DNA of 28,299 bases from Parcubacteria group bacterium CG2_30_45_37 (GTDB lineage Bacteria; Patescibacteriota; Patescibacteriia; Patescibacteriales; GWC2-42-12): the NCBI GenBank assembly GCA_001873515.1, contig MNZH01000004.1, positions 1 through 28,299 of the forward strand, in the 5' to 3' direction. Positions 1 to 8,066 of the stretch are shown in pieces (within the stretch, counting starts at the first letter, position 1; each line of letters begins with the position of its first letter). Under the pieces are notes generated by a model that saw nothing but the letters and a program-made list of their open reading frames with translations, was not told where the DNA came from and did no database searches. The translations under genes and the position numbers were made by a program.

Positions 1-68
1 ATGGCTCGGGTAGCAACGGTCTTATGACGGTTGGCGGAAATTGCGCCACGAAATAAAAATCAATTTCG

Positions 69-2294
69 TTATTTTATATACCCGCAATCCTTATTGGAGC
101 ATTTAACTTCGCCCTTTTTAGCGTCTTCGATTAATAAAGCGTCGCAGTCCGGGCATTTTTCCCCGGTGGGTTTGCCCCAGAAAGCGGTTTTACAATCCGG
201 GTATTGGTTGCAGGCGTAAAAGATGCCGCGGCGGCTGCGCTTTTGCACGACCTCGCCTTTGCCGCAAACCGGGCATTTGATGCCGGTACCATTACTCGCG
301 CCATTAATATTTTTTAAATTTTTGCATTTAGGATAGCCGGTGCAGGCGAGAAACGGTCCAAATTTACCGACTTTAATCGCCATGGCCGAGCCGCATTTTT
401 CGCAAACTTCGGCTTTGTATTTTTCTTTGAGTCCGGTAATTTCTTCGGAGTCGGCCTGGCCGTTTTTGTCCCGGTTCGTCCCGGTCATTGATTTTATGTT
501 TTTACAGTCAGGGAAAGCGCTACAAGCCAAGAATTTCCCGTAGCGGCCGGTTTTAACCACCATGGCGGCGCCGCATTTGTCGCAAACTTCGGTTGATTTT
601 TCTTCTGGCATAATGTCTTTTTTATTAATTACTTCGTATTTATTTTCCAAATTAGCGTGAAACGGCTCATAAAATTCTCTAATAATCGGCTGCCACTTAA
701 CCTCGCCGTCGGCGATTGAATCCAGGTCGTTTTCTAATTTGGCCGTAAACTGGAAATCCACTATTTTAGGGAAGTGCTCAATTAATAAGTCAATAACCAC
801 AAAAGCAATCTCGGTCGGAGCCAGGCGTTTATTTTCGTCGCGCTGGACGTAGTTTCTAACGATTATAGTGTTAATAGTCGGAGCGTAGGTAGAAGGCCGG
901 CCGATGCCGTATTTTTCCAGCTCTTTAACTAAGCCGGCGTCCGAATATCGGGCCGGCGGCTTGGTAAAATGCTGTTCCGGTTTTAATTCTTTAAGTTCAA
1001 GCTTTTCTTTTATTTTTAATTCCGGTAAATCAATCTCCTGGCTTTTTTCCGGGTAGATTTTAAGGTAGCCATCAAATTTTAAAATTTGGCCGTTGGCGCG
1101 GAATTGGTATGAGGTGCCTGCCGCGTCAACATCAACGATCGTGACGTCAACGATAGCTTCCGGCATTTGGCTGGCCAAGGCTCTTTGCCAGATTAATTTA
1201 TATAATTTATTCTGGCTAGGGTTTAAACTGCTGGCCGCTGATTCCGGCGCGCGCGCGGCTTCGGCTGGCCGGATGGCTTCGTGCGCTTCCTGCGCGCCTT
1301 TGGCTTTAGTTTTAAAGCGGCGCGGCGTTTTAAGCGCGTAGTCGGCGTCTAAATTAGCGGTTAAATATTCGGCTGCCTCGCCTAAGAATTTATCCGCTAA
1401 ATTAAGCGAATCGGTCCGCATGTAAGTAATAAAGCCCATTTCATAAAGCTGCTGCGCTACCACCATGGTTTGTTTGGCCGAGTAGCCGAGCCAGCGGTTG
1501 GCGGTCTGTTGCAGGCTGGAAGTAGTGAAGGGTTTGGGCGGCTGCTTTTTAGTCTGCTTTTTTTCCAATCCGGCGACCGCGTACTCGGCGCCGTTCAACG
1601 CGGAAAGGATTTTTTCCGCCTGCTCCTTATTTTTAATCTCCAGCTTGTCAATAGTTTTACCGCCGATTTTATTTAAGCGGGCGGCGAAAGGCTGTTTTCT
1701 TTCAGCCGCGAGCCGGGCGGTTACGCTCCAGTATTCTTCTACTTTGAAATTTTTTATCTCCCGCTCCCGTTCCACGATTAAGCGCACGGCCACGGACTGG
1801 ACCCGGCCGGCCGACAGTCCTTTCGCCACTTTTTTCCACAAGAAAGGCGACAGCTCGTAGCCGACCAGGCGATCCAGGATTCTTCTGGCCTGCTGGGCGT
1901 CAACCAGTCTCATATCTATTCTTCGGGGACGCTCCAGGGCCGCTAAAATCGCCTGCTTGGTTATCTCGTGAAAAACAATCCGCTCGGCCCGTTCCCGATT
2001 AATTTTTAGGGCCTCAGCCAGATGCCAGGCGATGGCTTCTCCTTCGCGGTCCTCGTCAGTGGCCAGCACGACAATTTCTGATTTTTTAGCCAAAGCCTGA
2101 AGCTTTTTCAGATTTTTTTTAGCTTTGGGCGGCACCACGTAAGTAGGCTCAAAGCCATGCTCAATATCAATGCCCATCTGACTCACGGGCAAATCGCGCA
2201 CGTGGCCGAAAGATGATTCTATCTTAAAATCAGAACCTAAAAATCTAGCGATGGTTTTAGCTTTGGTGGGGGATTCAACGATGACTAGTTTCAT
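69..2294 (-). CDS. topA: DNA topoisomerase I (type IA) with C-terminal zinc ribbons
   Basis: TOPRIM start MKLVIVESPTKAK, ATDEDREGEAIAWH, SAGRVQS, ITYMRTDS (catalytic Tyr), four Cys-rich Zn ribbons. Start set at ATG 2294 rather than the ORF-track start, which overlaps dprA. Confidence 0.97.
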   Translation of the reverse strand: MKLVIVESPTKAKTIARFLGSDFKIESSFGHVRDLPVSQMGIDIEHGFEPTYVVPPKAKKNLKKLQALAKKSEIVVLATDEDREGEAIAWHLAEALKINRERAERIVFHEITKQAILAALERPRRIDMRLVDAQQARRILDRLVGYELSPFLWKKVAKGLSAGRVQSVAVRLIVEREREIKNFKVEEYWSVTARLAAERKQPFAARLNKIGGKTIDKLEIKNKEQAEKILSALNGAEYAVAGLEKKQTKKQPPKPFTTSSLQQTANRWLGYSAKQTMVVAQQLYEMGFITYMRTDSLNLADKFLGEAAEYLTANLDADYALKTPRRFKTKAKGAQEAHEAIRPAEAARAPESAASSLNPSQNKLYKLIWQRALASQMPEAIVDVTIVDVDAAGTSYQFRANGQILKFDGYLKIYPEKSQEIDLPELKIKEKLELKELKPEQHFTKPPARYSDAGLVKELEKYGIGRPSTYAPTINTIIVRNYVQRDENKRLAPTEIAFVVIDLLIEHFPKIVDFQFTAKLENDLDSIADGEVKWQPIIREFYEPFHANLENKYEVINKKDIMPEEKSTEVCDKCGAAMVVKTGRYGKFLACSAFPDCKNIKSMTGTNRDKNGQADSEEITGLKEKYKAEVCEKCGSAMAIKVGKFGPFLACTGYPKCKNLKNINGASNGTGIKCPVCGKGEVVQKRSRRGIFYACNQYPDCKTAFWGKPTGEKCPDCDALLIEDAKKGEVKCSNKDCGYIK

Positions 2295-2301
2295 AAAAAA
2301 A

Positions 2302-3393
2302 TTATCTGGCCAGCACATAATTCATGCCGCCAAGATTTTTGACGATTCCTTTCATTTCCATAAGGGTAAGTGTACTATTTATAATCGAGGTGTCAAGTTT
2401 TGTCAAATTAACGAGCTCGTCAACATGCACCGGCTCGTAAGACAATTGTTTAAAAATTAATTCTTCTTCCGGCGATTCCGGAATAATCTTTTTATTTTCA
2501 ATGTAGTTGGCCGCGTCCATTAAATTAAGGTTTTCAATAATGTCTTGGGCGCGGGTAACCGGCTTTGCGCCCATTTTTATCAAGCGGTTGGCGCCCTCGG
2601 AAACCGGGGAGTAAATACTGCCGGGCACGGCGAAAACTTCGCGGTTTTGCTCTAAGGCATGCATAGCTGTAATGAGCGCGCCTGATTTTTCACCGGCCTC
2701 AATTACCAAAGTGGCGCTGGACAGGCCGGAAATCAGCCGATTTCTTTGGGGAAAGTGGTGTTTTAGGGGCAGAGTGCCAATCGGATATTCAGACATAACT
2801 AATCCGTCCGAGTTAATAATTTTGTCCGCCAGATAGCGGTTCTGCGCCGGATAAATATTTTGCCGATCCAGGCCAGAACCCAAAACCGCGATAGCCTTGC
2901 CGCCGGCTTCCAGCGCGATCGAGTGCGCCAAAGCGTCTATACCTAAAGCCAGACCGCTTACAATGGTTAAATTATTAAACGCCAACTCACGGACAAGTTT
3001 TTCCGTTACCTGCCGGCCGTAAGAGCTGAATTTTCTGGTGCCCACTACTGCCAGGAGAAAGCCGCTAAAAGCCTCAATTTGCCCCTGATAGTATAAGATA
3101 AAAGGCGGAGCGTAAATTTGTTTTAAGAGTTTAGGATAAGCCGGATCGTCAATGGTTAAGACTTTGATTTTTTCCCTGGCCAAATCTTCAATTAATTTAT
3201 CCGGCTCAATTTGCCGTCTAAAAATTATAAATTCCTCGGCGGTTTTTTCATCAAGGCCGGCCGCCAGCATTTCTTTGGCCGTGGCGCTAAAAGCGCTGGC
3301 CATATCGGGGAAATAGTTTTTTAGCCTTTTAAATTTAACCGGGCCGAATTTATAAAACTGGCTAAAAGCCAGCCAGTATTTTAGGTCGTCCAT
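2302..3393 (-). CDS. dprA: DNA-processing protein DprA/Smf
   Basis: AVVGTRK, IVSGLALGID, VLGSG, FPQRNRLISGLS, VIEAGEKSGALIT, EVFAVPG and a C-terminal winged helix; classical dprA-topA synteny. Confidence 0.96.
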   Translation of the reverse strand: MDDLKYWLAFSQFYKFGPVKFKRLKNYFPDMASAFSATAKEMLAAGLDEKTAEEFIIFRRQIEPDKLIEDLAREKIKVLTIDDPAYPKLLKQIYAPPFILYYQGQIEAFSGFLLAVVGTRKFSSYGRQVTEKLVRELAFNNLTIVSGLALGIDALAHSIALEAGGKAIAVLGSGLDRQNIYPAQNRYLADKIINSDGLVMSEYPIGTLPLKHHFPQRNRLISGLSSATLVIEAGEKSGALITAMHALEQNREVFAVPGSIYSPVSEGANRLIKMGAKPVTRAQDIIENLNLMDAANYIENKKIIPESPEEELIFKQLSYEPVHVDELVNLTKLDTSIINSTLTLMEMKGIVKNLGGMNYVLAR

Positions 3394-3448
3394 AATTAAT
3401 CATTTAAAATTAGCTATTTTAAATAATATCCGACAAGGCGCATTGGCC

Positions 3449-3477
3449 TTGACAGAGAAAAAATAATATGATAATAT
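3449..3477 (+). promoter_or_regulatory. sigma70-type promoter (P1), divergent from dprA
   Basis: TTGACA (3449-3454), 17 nt spacer, TG-n-TAATAT (extended -10, 3472-3477); no protein-coding ORF downstream on + strand. Confidence 0.7.
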
Positions 3478-3484
3478 ATTATAT

Positions 3485-3617
3485 TAAATTTAGTAGTCAT
3501 CGTAGCGTTCAGGCTGTTACTTGCTTAAGGGCATAATTTATTAGATAGTTTTCCTCCTTGACTATTTATGAATCATGAATTCCTTCTAAGCAAGTAGCAT
3601 CTTGGACGCTATTTTTT
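3485..3617 (+). ncRNA. Putative structured small RNA 1 (long rod, internal bubble, UUCCUCCUU apical loop); family unknown
   Basis: 3503-3531 pairs with 3582-3611 (28 bp, 4 G-U, one mismatch, one bulge); 9 bp apical stem 3542-3550/3560-3568; followed by T6 (3612-3617); promoter P1 upstream. Confidence 0.65.
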
Positions 3618-3644
3618 GACAATTGTTGTTTTTAATAATAACAT
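3616..3644 (+). promoter_or_regulatory. sigma70-type promoter (P2)
   Basis: TTGACA (3616-3621), 17 nt spacer, TAACAT (3639-3644). Confidence 0.6.
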
Positions 3645-3650
3645 ATTTTA

Positions 3651-3813
3651 TACAGACCTGATAGTATTCGCGATTCTGCCTAGGAGTGATGAAGGTTAAA
3701 CCTCCCTCCTGGTTTGGCCGGAGTCTTAAATTGGAATTATTTCCGCGCTTCTAGGTGGAATTGCGGATATTATCTTATAAAAAAGAGAGTTGGCTCAAGC
3801 CAACTCTCTTTTT
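3651..3813 (+). ncRNA. Putative structured small RNA 2 (29 bp uninterrupted duplex topped by a multi-hairpin head); family unknown
   Basis: 3660-3688 pairs with 3746-3774 with no mismatch and 7 G-U pairs, which would be A-C mismatches on the minus strand; promoter P2 upstream, terminator 3780-3813 downstream. Confidence 0.7.
3780..3813. terminator. Bidirectional intrinsic terminator overlapping the pth stop codon
   Basis: Perfect 15 bp inverted repeat AAAAAGAGAGTTGGC-TCAA-GCCAACTCTCTTTTT with A/T tracts on both sides. Confidence 0.9.
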
Positions 3814-4301
3814 ATTTGAGTAATTAATTTTTTAATTGCTTTCAGTTCGCTGACGCCAAATTTTTGCAAAACAAATTTGTCAGCCGGAATTTTTTCTAAA
3901 GTCGGGGTTTTAATGCCGATTCTCAAGCGCTTAAAATTTTTGGTATTAAGCCGGTCGATGATGGACTGGACGCCCTTATGGCCGGCGCTTCTGGAAGCAA
4001 CCGAAAATTTATACTTGCCCAAAGGAATATCCAGGTCATCGTGAATGACGGTCAAATTTTCCGGTTGTAATTTATAGTACGCCAGCGCGGCCGCGATCGC
4101 CTGACCGGAGTCGTTCATGAAAGTTTGCGGTTTCAGTAAGATAAAATCAGCGTTTTTGGCGACCGCGGCTTTAAATTTTTTACTATTTGCCCACTTCAGA
4201 CCAAATTCTTCGGCCAAAGCGTCAAGGGCCATAAAGCCGACATTATGGCGAGTGGTTTCATGTTGTTGCCCAGGGTTCCCTAGGCCGGCGATGATAGGCA
4301 T
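3795..4301 (-). CDS. pth: Peptidyl-tRNA hydrolase
   Basis: GLGNPG, TRHNVGF, KPQTFMNDSG, VIHDDLD, RLRIGI motifs. Confidence 0.96.
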   Translation of the reverse strand: MPIIAGLGNPGQQHETTRHNVGFMALDALAEEFGLKWANSKKFKAAVAKNADFILLKPQTFMNDSGQAIAAALAYYKLQPENLTVIHDDLDIPLGKYKFSVASRSAGHKGVQSIIDRLNTKNFKRLRIGIKTPTLEKIPADKFVLQKFGVSELKAIKKLITQIKRELA

Positions 4302-4302
4302 A

Positions 4303-5733
4303 TTAGTTTCGGCGCAGTCCAGGCACGTTTTTATTTTTGGCTATTTTAATGGTAAGCGGCGTGCCCAGAAAGCCGTAAGTTTCACGCAGGCGGTTTTCCA
4401 GAAAGCGGACATAGGAGAAGTGCAAGTCTTCTTTAACGCCGATTTTAAGTTCGAAAATCGGCGGATTGTCGCCGACTTGAGTGAATTCGCGCAGGCGCGG
4501 ATGCCTAACGCCCCGACCTTTGGCCGGGCGGTGAATTTTAACCACGCGGGCCAGGAAATGCGCCAGTTGCGAATCGCTTAACTCTAGCTTTCTTTGTTCG
4601 CCAATTTGTAAAATTAAATCAAAGATTTTTTTTACTTTCTCTCCGGTTTCAGCGGAGATGAATTGGATGGGCGCGAATTTAGCGAAGGGCAGCTTGCCGT
4701 AAATGTAGTCGGCGTATTTTTTAGTGTCGCGCTTGGCGATTTTATCCCATTTGTTGGCGATAAAGATAAAGCTTTTTTTGGCGTTGACGATTTCTTCAAC
4801 CAGCTTGGCGTCTTGATGGGTGAGCGGCTGGCTGATGTCCATAACTAATAAGGCCAGGTCGCTTTTCCCCAGAGCGGCTAATGATTTGGCAATGCCGAAT
4901 TTTTCCAAACCTTTAGTTTTGGCGCCGCGCCGGGAAATACCGGCCGTATCAATCAGTTTGATGGGCTGGTCCTGATAAGTTATGTCCGTATGTTGGGGTT
5001 CGCGGGTGGTATGCGGAATTGGGCTCGTGATTACCCGCTTATAACCTAAAAGCGAATTTAACAGGCTGGATTTGCCCACGTTGGGCTGGCCGATGATGGC
5101 AACTCGCAACTCGCAGCTCGCAGCTCGCAACTCTTTTTTATCCTCGTCTTTTTTTTGAGTTGCGAGTTGCGAGTTGCGAGTTATGAGTTTTTTGACGATA
5201 ACATCCAATAAATCGCCGGTGCCAGAGCCATTGGCCGCGGAAACCGGCTGGGGGTCGCCGAAGGATAATTTATAGAACTCGGACAAGTTCAAGCGGTCTT
5301 TGGGCGAGTCAACCTTGTTAACCGCTAAAATAATTTTTTTTGGATTAACGCTTTTTTTGATTAAGAGCGCCATTTGCCGGTCAGCCGGCAGCAAGCCGGT
5401 CTTATTGTCCGCTAAAAATATAACCAAGTCAGCCGCTTTTAAATATTTTTTAGCCTGCGCCTGCACTTTATCAGTAATGTCGCTTTCGGCTTCAGCCTGG
5501 CCGAGCAGATGTTTTAAGTCAATAATGCCGCCGGTGTCCACCAATTCAAATTCTCGGCCAAGCCAAACCACCCGGCCAAAATTGCTGTCGCGGGTCGTGC
5601 CGGCGATGTCGGATACCAAGGCCTGGCGTTTTTCCACTAAGCAATTAAACAACGTTGATTTGCCCACGTTGGTCCGACCGAAAATAACGACGAGGGGGAG
5701 GAGGGTATTTTCTTTTTCTTTTGTGTCTGTCAT
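4303..5733 (-). CDS. der: Ribosome biogenesis GTPase Der/EngA
   Basis: Two tandem G domains (GRTNVGKST/DTGG/NKVD and GQPNVGKSS/DTAG/NKWD) and a KH-like C-terminus. Confidence 0.97.
   Translation of the reverse strand: MTDTKEKENTLLPLVVIFGRTNVGKSTLFNCLVEKRQALVSDIAGTTRDSNFGRVVWLGREFELVDTGGIIDLKHLLGQAEAESDITDKVQAQAKKYLKAADLVIFLADNKTGLLPADRQMALLIKKSVNPKKIILAVNKVDSPKDRLNLSEFYKLSFGDPQPVSAANGSGTGDLLDVIVKKLITRNSQLATQKKDEDKKELRAASCELRVAIIGQPNVGKSSLLNSLLGYKRVITSPIPHTTREPQHTDITYQDQPIKLIDTAGISRRGAKTKGLEKFGIAKSLAALGKSDLALLVMDISQPLTHQDAKLVEEIVNAKKSFIFIANKWDKIAKRDTKKYADYIYGKLPFAKFAPIQFISAETGEKVKKIFDLILQIGEQRKLELSDSQLAHFLARVVKIHRPAKGRGVRHPRLREFTQVGDNPPIFELKIGVKEDLHFSYVRFLENRLRETYGFLGTPLTIKIAKNKNVPGLRRN
5099..5189. 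repeat. Inverted pair of heptamer tandem arrays inside der
   Basis: (GCARCTC)x5 at 5099-5133 and (GAGTTGC)x3+GAGTTAT+GAGTT at 5157-5189, encoding part of the GD1-GD2 linker. Confidence 0.9.
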
Positions 5734-5744
5734 AAAAAATTATT

Positions 5745-5889
5745 TGTCATTGCGAGCGACCGAAGGGAGCGCGGCAATCTCACGTACTATTTGTTAAATT
5801 AATAGATTGTTCTAACTAAAAAAGGTTTATTCCGTTAAACTGTTTGTGAGATTGCTTCGTCGCCCGAGTACGGGTTCCTCGCAATGACA
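5745..5889. repeat. REP/RPE-like palindromic element, TGTCATTGCGAG family (copy 1)
   Basis: Terminal IR TGTCATTGCGAG/CTCGCAATGACA, internal IR GCAATCTC/GAGATTGC, 66 bp spacer; second copy at 25101-25193. Confidence 0.9.
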
Positions 5890-5891
5890 GC

Positions 5892-7340
5892 TTATTGCGC
5901 CGGATTGGCCGCTCCGGAATGGGTGGCGTCCGCGTCTTCGCCTAACAGCAGAATAAAGTCAGGTTGAGCCGGATTTTGTTCTTTGGCCAACTCTTTGGCC
6001 ATTTCCTCCATCAGCCACTCAGGCAGGCCCAGGGCGACGTTGGCGCCGGTTTTATTTTTTAAAACCTCCAGCGCCTGGATTTTGGCGCCATAGGTTAAAT
6101 CATAGATAACGGATTTTTGAAAATTTTTCTGGCTGAAGTTGCCCACGCGGATGATGTCAAAGCCGTATTTTTCCAAATCCAGGGCCGCCCGGCTGGCCAG
6201 GCCGTTAATCCAGGTGCCGTTCCTGACTTCAACCGAAGCTTTCTGGCTTATTACCGCCCGCTTGTCCGAGCTCGGCGCCTGCTCAAAAATGTTATTAACC
6301 AGATATTGGATTTCAGAAAAGTTGCCACTGCGGGGGGCTAGCAGGTAGGCGCCGTCCAGACCGGTCAAATTAACTAACAGGCCGCTTGGGTTATTATCTA
6401 GCACGCGATTAATGATATTTTGGCTGCTTAAGTCTTTAACCATACCCCAAAGCTTAACGATTTCCCAAATTTTAAAATTGGTCTGGTAATTGTCGCTGAT
6501 GTCGCCGATGATTTTAGAAATCAGGCCGGGCCGGAACAACAGGTTAGTGGACAAGAGTTTTTCTTTAACCGCCTCCAAAACTTTTTGCTGCCGCTTGCTA
6601 CGGGCGAAATCCGAGCCTTCTGTGCCCAGAGCGTGCCGCGAGCGAACGTATTTCAGGGCCAGTTGGCCGCTCATCACCTGTTCGCCTTTGTCTAGGTGCA
6701 AATGCTCCCAACGTTCATCCCAGGGAGCGTCTTCCGAACCCAGAATCGGATATTGATAATCGTCCAAAGTATTTTCCACGTTGATTTCAATGCCGCCCAA
6801 GTCGTCAATTATTTTGGTAAAGCCGGTAAAATCAACGGTCAGGTAATAATCAATCGGGATTTCCAAAATATCGCTCACCGCCTGACTGACAGATAAGCCG
6901 CCTGAACCAGGAGTTTTGGCTTCAGCATAAGCGTTGATGCTATTGATTCTCTGCCAGCTCAGGTTTTCAATCGGCACGGACAAGTCGCGGGGAACGGAGA
7001 CCAGCGCGGCCTTTTTTTCTTCGGGCAGAAGGCTCACCAGCATAATGGTGTCGGTCAAATAAGCGCCGTCATGGCCTCGGCCGCCGATGCCCAAAAGCAG
7101 AAGATTGATCCGGCCGCGGTCCTCGCCCTTTAATTCGGCGTCCGCGCTTTCCACCAGATGTTTAAGCTGGCTCAAAAAGGGCAGGCGGTCGTACCAAGCG
7201 GTTGGCTCACCGGTTGGTTTATTGCCCATGGAAAAAATGCCATAAACAATAATTAGAAACATAAAAACATAAGCCAGCGCCCTAACCGGTTTGGTCTTGG
7301 GCGGTTTTGGCTGGGAATTTAACAAATTAATATTATCCAT
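5892..7340 (-). CDS. LCP (LytR-CpsA-Psr) family glycopolymer transferase with C-terminal LytR_C domain
   Basis: N-terminal TM helix; INLLLLG, TDTIMLVS, VSVPRDL, RINSINA, YVRSRH, SDFARSKRQQ; C-terminal VEVRNGTWINGLA. Confidence 0.93.
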   Translation of the reverse strand: MDNINLLNSQPKPPKTKPVRALAYVFMFLIIVYGIFSMGNKPTGEPTAWYDRLPFLSQLKHLVESADAELKGEDRGRINLLLLGIGGRGHDGAYLTDTIMLVSLLPEEKKAALVSVPRDLSVPIENLSWQRINSINAYAEAKTPGSGGLSVSQAVSDILEIPIDYYLTVDFTGFTKIIDDLGGIEINVENTLDDYQYPILGSEDAPWDERWEHLHLDKGEQVMSGQLALKYVRSRHALGTEGSDFARSKRQQKVLEAVKEKLLSTNLLFRPGLISKIIGDISDNYQTNFKIWEIVKLWGMVKDLSSQNIINRVLDNNPSGLLVNLTGLDGAYLLAPRSGNFSEIQYLVNNIFEQAPSSDKRAVISQKASVEVRNGTWINGLASRAALDLEKYGFDIIRVGNFSQKNFQKSVIYDLTYGAKIQALEVLKNKTGANVALGLPEWLMEEMAKELAKEQNPAQPDFILLLGEDADATHSGAANPAQ

Positions 7341-7380
7341 ATTTATAATCTACAACTTATTTTTGAATAAGTCTAATTTC

Positions 7381-7416
7381 AATCCCCTTTGTCAAGGGAG
7401 GAGATTATGTTATAAT
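7381..7416 (+). promoter_or_regulatory. lepB promoter whose -35 lies in a CCCCTTTGTCAAGGG repeat
   Basis: TTGTCA (7389-7394), 16 nt spacer, TG-T-TATAAT (7411-7416); the -35 is inside a truncated copy of the repeat at 16000-16030 and 16627-16658. Confidence 0.6.
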
Positions 7417-7485
7417 AGTTTATGGACAAAATCTTAATTATATATCAAGCTGATTTGCGAGGTAAATCGGGCTTTTTATTCTTTT

Positions 7486-8049
7486 ATGATAAAAAACTTT
7501 TTTAGTTATGTGTTTGAATTGATCAAGGTGGTTTTAATTTCTCTGGCCATAATTATTCCCATCAGATATTATTTAATCCAGCCGTTTTACGTCAAGGGCG
7601 CTTCCATGGAGCCGAATTTTTACGACCGGGAATATTTAATCATTGACGAAATCAGTTATCGTTTTCATGAGCCGGCTCGCGGCGATATCGTGGTTTTCCG
7701 TTATCCGCGCAACCCGGAAGAATATTTTATCAAAAGAGTGATTGGCCTGCCGGGAGAAAAAGTGCAGATTAAGGATGGCGCGATTTATATCTACAACCAA
7801 GCGCAGCCAGACGGCCTTAAATTGGCGGAAGCCTATTTGCTGGCCGACACTTTGACTTATGGCTTGAGCGGCGCGGCCGTGGCTTTGGGCGATGGTGAAT
7901 ATTACGTCTTGGGAGATAACCGCAACGCCTCCAAAGATTCCCGAAGTTTCGGTCCAGTGGACAAAAAATTTATCACCGGACGGGTATTGCTGCGCGGCTG
8001 GCCGTTTAATAGGGTTGGCGTGTTTTCGGCGCCGGAATACAGTTATTAA
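7486..8049 (+). CDS. lepB: Signal peptidase I
   Basis: TM helix, GASMEP (catalytic Ser), FIKRVIGLPGE (catalytic Lys), GDNRNASKDSR. Confidence 0.96.
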   Translation: MIKNFFSYVFELIKVVLISLAIIIPIRYYLIQPFYVKGASMEPNFYDREYLIIDEISYRFHEPARGDIVVFRYPRNPEEYFIKRVIGLPGEKVQIKDGAIYIYNQAQPDGLKLAEAYLLADTLTYGLSGAAVALGDGEYYVLGDNRNASKDSRSFGPVDKKFITGRVLLRGWPFNRVGVFSAPEYSY

Positions 8050-8066
8050 AAATATAATTTTTTTAT

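Noticed and set aside
1-68. Sequence left of the topA stop with a TGGCG-N7-CGCCA hairpin; considered as an RNA gene end or gene start
   Set aside because: Too short at the window edge and no diagnostic tRNA, tmRNA or RNase P motif.
2368-2406. Two TTGACA hexamers on the minus strand in the dprA 3' end, each with a plausible -10 (possible internal topA promoter)
   Set aside because: Lies in coding sequence (LTKLDT) of an AT-rich gene and may be chance. Cannot be supported without TSS data.
3651-3720. Superficial similarity of RNA2 to TPP, fluoride riboswitch or hammerhead cores (ACCTGAT..TAGG, GATGA)
   Set aside because: Conserved cores and helices do not match, and there is no downstream gene on that strand.
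3689-3754. 21 aa ORF MKVKPPSWFGRSLKLELFPRF inside RNA2, after AGGAG; considered as a type I toxin
   Set aside because: SD spacing is only 2 nt, the peptide is not a hydrophobic helix, and no antisense promoter was found. Not fully excluded.
3795-3797. Possible TGA recoding (code 25, as in Gracilibacteria), prompted by TGA codons in the repeat at 10307 and 10358
   Set aside because: All core genes translate full length under table 11, pth ends at TGA, and read-through would not restore the hydrolase frame.
3485-3813. Retron msr-msd or CRISPR tracrRNA/omega-RNA interpretation
   Set aside because: No reverse transcriptase, Cas, IscB or TnpB gene nearby, and no repeat-spacer array in the window.
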